From a virus (taxonomy: Duplodnaviria; Caudoviricetes): a stretch of 37,209 nt of DNA. Within the stretch, counting starts at the first letter, position 1, and every line of letters starts with the position of its first letter. A program made the position numbers and the translations under genes. A model generated the notes under the pieces. That model searched no databases and had not been told where the DNA came from. It saw nothing but the letters and a program-made list of their open reading frames with translations. The stretch is taken from positions 1 through 37,209 of the IMG/VR virus record IMGVR_UViG_3300017774_003532. One strand, 5' to 3'. Positions 29,301 through 37,100 of the stretch are shown piece after piece.

Positions 29301-30976
29301 GTGTATCCGGTCTGGGTGGAAACGTTGCGACCTTGTTGAGCGGTGAAGCTAAGACAGGTGTTATTGCTACTACATACGGTAGTGCTTTGAACATTCCGGT
29401 CATTACTGTTGATGAATACGGTAGAATTTCTTCTGCTGCCAACGTAGCCCTGGTATCAGGTGTATCTTCCGTCGGTGGGGCAACCGGTGCTGTATCTAAT
29501 GCTCAACTGGCTTCTGGTATTACCACATCTGGTGTATTGACAACTGCTAACGTAGCCGAAGTAACTAATCTGTATTTTACCAATGCAAGATCTAGAGCTT
29601 CTGTATCTGCTGGTACAGGTATCGGGTATGATAGCAGTACAGGTGTAATCTCTTCTACAATTACTCAGTATACTGATACTAATGCAAGAGCTGCACTATC
29701 TATTAATGGTACCAAAGGCTCTTATAACAGTAGTACTGGTGTATTTGACTTTGCCAATATTGCTAACGTTACAGTATCTGCAAGTGCTCCAGGTTCACCA
29801 AATGTTGGTGATCAATGGATTGATGAAGATGACGGTACAGCATACTTGTACTTCAACGATGGTACAAGCTCACAGTGGGTTGAACAGGCCACAGGTATGA
29901 TTGTAAGTTCATTGGTAGAGTCGGTTGGTGGTTCAACTGGAGCAATCTCTAACGTGATGCTTGCAACTGCTCTAACTGGTCAGAATATTACAGTCGGTAA
30001 TTTAATTCCTTCCGGTAATTTAATTCAAAGTCTAGGTAGCCCGACTAATCAGTTTAAAGATCTTTATCTAGCTGGTAATACTATTCACCTGGGTGGTTTG
30101 CAACTTACAAACAATGCCGGGGGCTTGTCGGTGGTAACGCCAGGTGGATCCGGAGCTGCTGATCTAACAGCTGGTAATGTTACTGTTAATGGGAACTTAA
30201 TCGTCCTTGGCTCAACTACTACAGTTTCTTCTACGACCCTTGAAGTTGCAGATAAAAATATTACTATTGCCAAGGGTGCTGCCAACAGTACTGCTGCTGA
30301 TGGTGCAGGTATTACTGTTGATGGTGCGAGTGCCACACTTAACTACGTACATGCTACGACAGCCTGGACATCTAGTCAAGATATTAATCTGGCTTCTGGT
30401 AAAGTATTTAAGATTAACGGTACAACGGTTGCTGGTACATCTGGTGTAACTGCTGCCTCTTACGGTAATGCTACTTTAATACCATCATTTACAGTTGATA
30501 CATTTGGTAGAATTACTGCTGCTTCTAACGTTGCTATTACAACCGGTACAACAATTACCGATGATACAACAACTAATGCAACAAGATTCTTGCCATTTAC
30601 ATCTGCATCCTCAGGTTCTATAAGTGCAGTCAATGTAGCTTCTTCTAAGTTGACATTCAATCCATCTACAGGTCAATTGACTGCAACTGACTTGAATTCT
30701 TCTTCTGACGCAAGATTGAAGAAAGATGTTTTAACCGTTACATCGGCACTTGATAAAGTTGATGCTCTACGTGGTGTTACCTTCACATGGAAAGACAGCA
30801 ACGTTAAGGCAATCGGCTTGATTGCCCAGGAAGTTAAAGAGGTCTTGCCAGAGATTGTTTCTACAGACGACGACGGCTACATGGGCATCAGATATACCAA
30901 CGTGATTGGTGTATTGGTTGAAGCCATTAAAGAATTGAAAGCAGACTTCGAGGCATACAAAAAGACACATCCTTAA
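26336..30976 (+). CDS. Long repetitive tail fibre with C-terminal peptidase S74 chaperone
   Basis: MATTLNFPSSP...TWTYNGSAW; repeats DETG[ST]G.LVF, GFATTANSL.QFASTTS, NLYFTNAR, ADGAGIT[IV]DGA; SSDARLKKD...LRGVTFTW...GLIAQEV.EVLPEIV...Y...LVEAIKEL. Confidence 0.85.
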   Translation: MATTLNFPSSPALNDTYAFGGKTWTYNGSAWKLNSTALTTTGVTEGTNLYFTNARSRAAISVAGSGSYDSATGVITVTGGVTSVNGQTGAATGFATTANSLSQFASTTSAQLATLISDETGTGSVVFSASPALTGTPTAPTAANNVSTTQIATTEFVKNTVANLIDGAPALLDTLNELAAAINDDASFSATIANTISVAQTTAGNAFGQANTATLAASSAFGQANTATLASAAGYAQANTATLAASAAFDSANTKVATVAGVTSTTISNAQLASGISSSGILTTANVSELTNLYFTNARSRGAISVAGAGSYDSSTGVITITGGVSSVGGATGAVSNAQLATSVITSGVLNTSNVAEGANLYFTTSRARNSIDAAANGGITYSSATGNVSLSASGVTANTYGGASKVPVFTVDSTGRITSAANVNVAGVSTFSASGNTFTIGTADGGSFSASIQPNSVELGRDTTGAYVASMTAGNGITVGTATGEGSTPVITNTGVLTVNGQSGNATGFATTANSLAQFASTTSTELRTLVSDETGSGSLVFSDSPVLITPNIGTASYAVLTNATGLPVATGISGLGSGVATFLATPSSANLAAAVTDETGTGTLLFSNSPVMVTPNIGTPSYLNLANATGLSINAISGLNANVATFLGQVSTSANLAALITDETGTGSLVFGTSPAITTSLTTPSSSFDLVNGTATTVNFAGAGTSVNIGSSAGTGNTNIRNNLFVAGNLFVQGTTTTVSSTTLDVADKNLTLAKGAGSSAGADGAGITIDGANATFNYVHATTAFTSSQDIDLATGKAYEINNTQVLSATGLGPNVVASNLTSVGTITTGVWNGTEIGTAYTAAKVTSVNGQVGAATGFATTANSLAQFASTTSAQLATLVSDETGTGNLVFSTNAVLTTPNIGTPSYLNLANATGLSLNAITGFGANVTTFLADPTSAKLAFAITDETGSGNVVFSNSPALVTPNLGTPSAATLTNATGLPISTGVSGLGGNVATLLSGEAKTGVIATTYGSALNIPVITVDEYGRISSAANVALVSGVSSVGGATGAVSNAQLASGITTSGVLTTANVAEVTNLYFTNARSRASVSAGTGIGYDSSTGVISSTITQYTDTNARAALSINGTKGSYNSSTGVFDFANIANVTVSASAPGSPNVGDQWIDEDDGTAYLYFNDGTSSQWVEQATGMIVSSLVESVGGSTGAISNVMLATALTGQNITVGNLIPSGNLIQSLGSPTNQFKDLYLAGNTIHLGGLQLTNNAGGLSVVTPGGSGAADLTAGNVTVNGNLIVLGSTTTVSSTTLEVADKNITIAKGAANSTAADGAGITVDGASATLNYVHATTAWTSSQDINLASGKVFKINGTTVAGTSGVTAASYGNATLIPSFTVDTFGRITAASNVAITTGTTITDDTTTNATRFLPFTSASSGSISAVNVASSKLTFNPSTGQLTATDLNSSSDARLKKDVLTVTSALDKVDALRGVTFTWKDSNVKAIGLIAQEVKEVLPEIVSTDDDGYMGIRYTNVIGVLVEAIKELKADFEAYKKTHP

Positions 30977-30981
30977 TACGT

Positions 30982-30989
30982 TATAAATA
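30982..30989 (+). promoter_or_regulatory. T4-type late promoter TATAAATA
   Basis: Exact consensus 6 nt after the stop of the long fibre gene. Confidence 0.65.
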
Positions 30990-30990
30990 T

Positions 30991-31028
30991 ATCAGGGAGA
31001 GGGGGTGACTTCCTCCCTGATTTCTTTT
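30991..31028 (+). terminator. Intrinsic terminator-like hairpin
   Basis: ATCAGGGAG...CTCCCTGAT stem followed by TTCTTTT. Confidence 0.7.
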
Positions 31029-31036
31029 GAAAGAAT

Positions 31037-31570
31037 ATGCCTTTAAATTTTCCCTCTTCGCCGGCGACAAGTACCACCTATACGTTCAATAATAAAACTT
31101 GGACATATAACGGTAATGCTTGGGCGTTATCGTCTGGGGGATCACTCAATACATCGTTAGTACCGGAAGGTAATAACTTATATTATACCAATACACGGGC
31201 AAGGGATGCAATAAGTGTATCTGGCTCTGGATCTTATGATAACAGTACCGGTATTATTACAATTACCGGGGGTGTCTCATCGGTAGGCGGAGCAACTGGG
31301 GCAGTATCAAATGCTCAATTGGCATCGGGTATTTCTAATGCTACCATCAGTAACCTTACTCTTTCAGGAAATGTGACTGCAGGCAATGTGACGCTTGCAA
31401 CAAATGGGGTGTTAAGATTTCCAGACGGAACGACGCAGAACACTGCAACTTCTGCTTCTGGCACCCTCATAAATATTATTACACGGACAGGCAATGTGGC
31501 GGTGGGTGCCCTGAATAGAACTATATCTATCCAAGGTAGATCCTCCAACACCACGGTTGCTATTGCATAA
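31037..31570 (+). CDS. Short fibre module (N-terminal LNFPSSP domain)
   Basis: MPLNFPSSP...TWTYNGNAW is paralogous to the 26336 N-terminus; NLYYTN repeat; RFPDGT.Q. Confidence 0.75.
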   Translation: MPLNFPSSPATSTTYTFNNKTWTYNGNAWALSSGGSLNTSLVPEGNNLYYTNTRARDAISVSGSGSYDNSTGIITITGGVSSVGGATGAVSNAQLASGISNATISNLTLSGNVTAGNVTLATNGVLRFPDGTTQNTATSASGTLINIITRTGNVAVGALNRTISIQGRSSNTTVAIA

Positions 31571-31578
31571 GGTTAAAA

Positions 31579-32316
31579 ATGGCGAATAGATTTCCATTAG
31601 TTGTAGACAGTATTAATTTAAATATTAAAGAATTGCCATCTGGGGATAACCTGGACTTGACTGGAAGTGCTGTTGTTAATGGGGCATGGCAGGGTAATTC
31701 AATATCAACAACATATACGGATGCAAAGATTGTATCTGTATCCAATACTGCACCTATCTCTGTTGTTACATCTTCAGGTGCGGTAACGGTTGCATTGTTA
31801 AGTTCTGGTGTATCGGCTGCCTCATACGGTGGTACAGGTAACACAATTTCAATTACCGTTGATTCTTTTGGAAGAATCACATCTGCCTCTAACGTTTCAA
31901 CGACGACCGGGGTTGTAGCCGGGACCTACGGTGGTACCGCTGTTGAAGGGGTATTTACAGTAGATGCATTCGGTAGAATTACTGCTGCATCCAATGTTAC
32001 CGCCCAGGTTGCTAATACAAATATTACTGGTCTTATTACCAGTTCTCAAATTGCAAGCGTAGCAAACACCCAATTAACTGGTCTTGTAACTAGTGCGCAA
32101 ATTGCAAGTGTTGCTAACACCCAGATTACTGGTAATATTACTGCTTCTCAAATAGCACCTACCGGGGTCACTGCTACTACCTACGGTGGTGCATCAAGTA
32201 TTCCTGCTATCACCATTGATGCACAGGGTAGAATTACGGCTGCATCCAATGTAGCCGTTACAGCCGGTGTAACAACAGGTAAATCAATTGCTATGGCTAT
32301 TGTATTTGGTGGTTAA
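31579..32316 (+). CDS. Short fibre module ending GKSIAMAIVFGG
   Basis: MANRFPLVVD...IKELPSGDNLDL; three YGG....T[VI]D..GRIT.ASNV repeats; QIASVANTQ repeats. Confidence 0.75.
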   Translation: MANRFPLVVDSINLNIKELPSGDNLDLTGSAVVNGAWQGNSISTTYTDAKIVSVSNTAPISVVTSSGAVTVALLSSGVSAASYGGTGNTISITVDSFGRITSASNVSTTTGVVAGTYGGTAVEGVFTVDAFGRITAASNVTAQVANTNITGLITSSQIASVANTQLTGLVTSAQIASVANTQITGNITASQIAPTGVTATTYGGASSIPAITIDAQGRITAASNVAVTAGVTTGKSIAMAIVFGG

Positions 32317-32321
32317 AAAAG

Positions 32322-32372
32322 TATAAATATTTAAAAGAATAACAAAGTTCAAATTATTTCTAACTATAAATA
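32322..32372 (+). promoter_or_regulatory. Two tandem late promoters TATAAATA (32322-32329 and 32365-32372)
   Basis: Two exact consensus copies in one intergenic gap. Confidence 0.7.
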
Positions 32373-32380
32373 ATATTGAG

Positions 32381-32404
32381 CGAGTCAAATCAAAAAGGAC
32401 GAAG
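32381..32404 (+). promoter_or_regulatory. Putative RBS-overlapping RNA hairpin (copy 2)
   Basis: C-GA-GTC-aaatcaaaaag-GAC-GAA-G immediately before ATG 32405. Confidence 0.5.
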
Positions 32405-32614
32405 ATGCCCATCAAAATAAACAATACCACGGTAATAGACGATTCACGTAATATTACTAATGTGGCCAACGTAAGTGTATCTGGTACTATTTCCGGTAAC
32501 GTTACAGCCAGTGGTACTATTTCAGCTGCATCTTTCTCCGGTTCTGGAGCAAACTTAACAGGAGTTGCCTCATTAGGAAAAGCTATTGCAGTTTCCTTAG
32601 TCTTAGGAGGCTAA
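32405..32614 (+). CDS. Mini fibre/linker: N-terminal IKIxxTTVIDDSR, C-terminal GKAIAVSLVLGG
   Basis: N-terminus paralogous to 15743; C-terminus paralogous to 31579 and 32619. Confidence 0.75.
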   Translation: MPIKINNTTVIDDSRNITNVANVSVSGTISGNVTASGTISAASFSGSGANLTGVASLGKAIAVSLVLGG

Positions 32615-32618
32615 ACAA

Positions 32619-32837
32619 ATGACGACTCTGTCATCCATACTCACCCCAACCAATATTGTTACTGCTGGCAGTACCACTACGTTGACCAATAAAACAATTG
32701 GTGTTTCTCAATTGAGTGGTGCTGTATCGATTAGTAATGGTGGAACCGGACAAACTACCGCTTCTGCTGCCCTCAACGCCCTGGGGGGCGCATCAACCGG
32801 TAAGTCAATTGCTATGTCAATAGTATTTGGCGGATAA
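32619..32837 (+). CDS. Mini fibre/linker ending GKSIAMSIVFGG
   Basis: TLTNKTI and ISNGGTG fibre motifs; RBS GGAGG inside the previous gene's end. Confidence 0.75.
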   Translation: MTTLSSILTPTNIVTAGSTTTLTNKTIGVSQLSGAVSISNGGTGQTTASAALNALGGASTGKSIAMSIVFGG

Positions 32838-32868
32838 ATAATCAATAATGACATCAAGGAAATTTTAA

Positions 32869-33237
32869 ATGGCCATCCCTAATATCGTCAACGTTAGCAG
32901 TATCCAGGCAAAGAGCTTTGGTAACACACTAACAACATCTAATGCTTTGGTACTTGTAAATGGTGCAAGTTCTGGTAACTGTATCAAGATCAATAACATT
33001 GTTCTTTCTAATTACAGCAATACCGCAACCACTGCTAATGTGGAATACAACAGAGCGGCAGCCGGCACCGGTACTGCCACCTTCTTGGTATCCCAGGTAT
33101 CTATCCCCTCTGGCGCCTCATTGATTGTCACAGACAAGTCAACTGGTTTCTACATGGAAGAAGATACAAGTATTAAAGCGGTTGCTACTACAGCATCTGC
33201 AGTACAGATTTTTGTATCGTTCGAAGTAATCAGCTAA
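32869..33237 (+). CDS. Small beta-sandwich adaptor-like protein (MAIPNIVNV...)
   Basis: KINNIVLSN...VSIPSGASLIV.DKST.FYMEED.SI...VSFEVIS; RBS AAGGA; GATAAATA at 32833-32840. Confidence 0.65.
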   Translation: MAIPNIVNVSSIQAKSFGNTLTTSNALVLVNGASSGNCIKINNIVLSNYSNTATTANVEYNRAAAGTGTATFLVSQVSIPSGASLIVTDKSTGFYMEEDTSIKAVATTASAVQIFVSFEVIS

Positions 33238-33244
33238 TTCTACT

Positions 33245-34114
33245 ATGTCTAAAAGACTTGGTGGATACATATCCACTGCATTTAATGGCCTGAATACTGC
33301 ACCCCCGACATTGGAATACCTTGTCGTGGCTGGCGGGGGTGGTGGTGGTGGCGTTCAAGCTGGAAATGGTACTGGAGGTGGCGGTGGTGCTGGTGGTCTG
33401 TTAACCGCTACGGGTCTTTCTGTCACTATTAGAACTTCTTACACAATAACTATTGGTGCTGGTGGCGCAAGTACATTAAATAATGGTGCTAACGGCTCAA
33501 ATTCTGTTTTTAGTTCTATTACTGCAACAGGCGGTGGTGGTGGAGGCGGTGCTGGTGGAGACCCTAGATTAACAGGTGGCTCTGGAGGTGGAGGTGGTGG
33601 TGGCACTTCTGGTCAAACTTCTGGTGGCTCTGGAATATCGGGACAAGGTTTTGCTGGTGGTGCAGGAATATTTTCTGCACCAAATTATGGTGCTGGAGGT
33701 GGTGGCGGAAGCGGGTCAGTTGGCATAGCAGGAACTACCATTAAAGGTTCAAGTGGTGGCACAGGAACTAATTCATCCATTTCTGGTTCATCAATTCAAT
33801 ACGCTGGCGGTGGTGGTGGTGGAACTTACAATGGTGGTTCTGTTGGGTTTGGTGTTTCTGGAGGTGGTAACGCTGGAACTGCTAATGGTGGTGTAGGCAA
33901 TGCTGGAATAGCAAATACAGGCTCTGGCGGTGGTGGTGGTTCATCTAATGACACAGTTAATTTCTTGGGCGGTGCAGGCGGCTCTGGCATCGTCATCATC
34001 CGTTACCCATCTTTTTATGCAGCTGCAGCCTCCACAACAGGTTCACCTGAAACGTATATTACTGGCGCCTGGCGCGTTTATAAATTTGTAGCCTCTGGCA
34101 CAATCACATTCTGA
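33245..34114 (+). CDS. Glycine-rich domain protein (virion adhesin-like)
   Basis: EYLVVAGGGGGG...GGGGAGG...YTITIGAGG...YAGGGGG...NTGSGGGG...GGSGIVIIRY...YKFVASGTITF. Confidence 0.75.
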   Translation: MSKRLGGYISTAFNGLNTAPPTLEYLVVAGGGGGGGVQAGNGTGGGGGAGGLLTATGLSVTIRTSYTITIGAGGASTLNNGANGSNSVFSSITATGGGGGGGAGGDPRLTGGSGGGGGGGTSGQTSGGSGISGQGFAGGAGIFSAPNYGAGGGGGSGSVGIAGTTIKGSSGGTGTNSSISGSSIQYAGGGGGGTYNGGSVGFGVSGGGNAGTANGGVGNAGIANTGSGGGGGSSNDTVNFLGGAGGSGIVIIRYPSFYAAAASTTGSPETYITGAWRVYKFVASGTITF

Positions 34115-34121
34115 GGTTTTA

Positions 34122-37100
34122 ATGGCAACAGGTAATTTTACTCTCAAACAAGTTAACCAGGCAATTGCCCAGGGTGCATGGTCGGGTTACATCGCCCCTA
34201 GATGGGTGGAGTATCTTGTTGTTGCTGGTGGTGGCGGTGGAGCCAATGGTATAACAAACGGAAACAATGGCGGTGGCGGTGGTGCTGGCGGTTTGTTGAC
34301 GGGCATTGTGACTGTCGCTACTGGCACTTCATACACTGTGACTGTTGGCGCAGGGGGTGTAACTGGTAGTGGTGGGTTGTACGCTGGTCTACAAGGTGCT
34401 AATTCTGTTTTTGGGTCTATAGTATCTACAGGTGGAGGTGGAGGCAGGTCGCCATCTACTCCAACAACAGGTGGAGGTGGTGGAAGCGGTGGGGGTGGAG
34501 CTTCTGGTGGCTCAACAGGAGCAAATTCTGGTGGAGATGGAGTAGTTGGGCAAGGAAATAAAGGTGGCTCAGGAACTGATGGAAATACTATTCGGGCCGC
34601 TGGTGGTGGTGGTGGAGCAGGAACTATTGGATTAAACGGCATTACATCTTCTACTGGAGGAAATGGTGGTGCTGGTATTGCCTCCGCAATTACAGGAACT
34701 GTAGTTACATACGCTGGCGGGGGTGGTGGTGGTATTGCGTTTAGTGGAAGTTCTCCATCTGGAGTAGGGGGTGTTGGTGGTGGTGGTGGTGGTGCAACAT
34801 CTGCAACATCTGCAACAACAGGTTCTGCTAACACTGGTGGAGGCGGCGGCGGAGCGTGGGGAACTACTGCTGACACTAATGGCGCAACTGGCGGTTCAGG
34901 TATCGTAGTAGTCAGATACCCCGGCAACGTGCAGTTCTACACTGGCGGTACAGTTAACTACAGTAATGGATACATCATCCACATCTTTACAGCATCAGGC
35001 ACATTAGCCCCGACTGCTCCAACCGTATACAGCACATCATATCAGATTTCACGTAGCTTAAGATTTAATGCGGCTGACTCTACCTACCTGACAAGAACAC
35101 CCGCAAGTGCATCTAATCGAACAACATGGACTTGGAGTGCTTGGGTAAAGCGAGGTAGTTTTTCTGGAGTTAACCAAGTTTTATTTGGTACGCTTAATTC
35201 AACGTCATTTTTCATATATTGGGATACTGTTAATTGCTTGAGCATTACGGATGATTCGGGGGCTGTTATTGCGTTAGGAACTACTCAGGTATTTCGTGAC
35301 CCATCTGCTTGGTATCATGTTGTTTTTGCGCTTGATACAACTCAGGCTACTGCAAGCAATAGGGTAAAGTTGTACATCAATGGAACGCAAGTAACAGCGT
35401 TTCAAAGTACACCACTATATCCAGCGCAGAACACAACATTTGGCATCAATGCGGCAACGGCACAACAAATTGGTAGCCGAGGTACGGGAACAAACTTGTT
35501 CTTAGATAGTTACATGACCGATGTACACTTTGTTGACGGTCAGCAGTTAACCCCATCATCGTTTGGTGCAACTGATACAACTACCGGTGTGTGGGCACCT
35601 ATTCAGTACACAGGTACATATGGTACCAACGGGTTCAAGTTAAACTTCTCTGATAACTCCAACACAACTGCTGCCACTTTGGGTGCAGACTCATCGGGTA
35701 ACGGTAATAACTGGACACCTAATAACTTCTCTGTGACTGCCGGTGCAGGTAATGATTCCCTTGTAGATACCCCAACACCGTACGGTTTTGATACTGGTGT
35801 GGGTGGGGCTGTGCGGGGGAATTACGCTACGCTGAATCCGTTGACTAATAGTTCTCCGTATGTATTAACTGATGGAAACTTGTTGGCTACCCGCACAGGA
35901 ACGGCGGTTGGTTATAATATTGCAACTATTGCTGTAAGTTCTGGTAAATGGTACTTTGAATTTACGCACAATGGTAATGGAAGCGGAAACTCTGCAGCGA
36001 TTCAACTAGGAATTATTTCAGCCGAAAATCTTCCTGCGTTTACAACCAATAGCCCAGCAAATAGTTATTTATATCGTTCTGACGGAAATAAAATAATTAA
36101 CGTAACAGGTTCAAGTTACGGCGCAAGTTGGACAACCAATGATGTGATCGGGGTAGCAGTTAATTTTGATACCTCAACACTTACATTTTATAAAAATGGC
36201 GTGTCTCAAGGTGATTTAACTACATCGCTTCCTTCTGGTAATTATCTTCCAATGGTTGCGGAAAATAGCAGTGTAAATGCAACAGTTAGCGTAATTGCCA
36301 ACTTCGGTCAACGCCCATTTGCCTACACAGCCCCAGCAGGCTTTAAAGCACTTTGCACAACCAACTTACCTACACCGGCAATCGGTGGTTCAAGTGAGAC
36401 TTTGGCCAGTAAGTTCTTCAATCCTGTTTTGTACACAGGCAATGGTTCAACGCAGTCTGTGACTGGTGTTGGATTTCAACCTGATTTTGTTTGGGTCAAA
36501 GAAAGAAGTTCTACTTCTGGACATGTTTTGTTTGATGCAATTAGGGGTGTTACTAAATATCTTGAAAGCAATGCAACAGCCGCAGAAGGAACAGATGCCT
36601 CTACATTGACGGCATTTAACAGTGATGGTTTTTCCGTTGGCTCAAGTGGGGCAATGAATCAAAGCAGTCAAACTTATGTAGGTTGGAACTGGAAAGCCAA
36701 CGGCGCAGGCGCTTCTAACTCAGCAGGCTCTATCACTTCATCAGTAAGTGTCAATCAAAGAAGTGGTTTTAGTATCGTGACATATACAGGTACAGGGGCT
36801 AACGCTACTGTGGGTCATGGTTTGGGTGTTGCGCCAAGCATGGTGATTGTAAAAAGCCGTAGCAATGCTTTGCATTGGGTAATCTATGCAACTGCTATGG
36901 GTTCACCAATCCATTACCTTTTATTTAACACTGATGGCAAAGGTTCTGCCGCAACTGTTTGGAATAACACAGCACCAACATCAACAGTATTTTCAATTGG
37001 TACAGACGGAACACCTAATACCAATGGTGCAACCTATGCCGCCTACTGCTTTGCACCCATAACAGGTTATTCAGCGTTTGGCTCTTACACAGGCAATGGT

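Noticed and set aside
734-32469. Numerous short - strand and alternate-frame ORFs inside large genes (e.g. 9591, 21970, 28969, 31560)
   Set aside because: They overlap well-supported structural genes, lack RBS or motifs, and are expected shadows of biased codon use
33245-34920. Collagen-like substrate for the prolyl-hydroxylase-like enzymes
   Set aside because: These are polyglycine runs, not Gly-X-Y triplets, and are Pro-poor
34187-34927. Listed 246-aa Pro-rich - strand ORF
   Set aside because: Antisense shadow of the Gly codons of the real + strand gene starting at 34122
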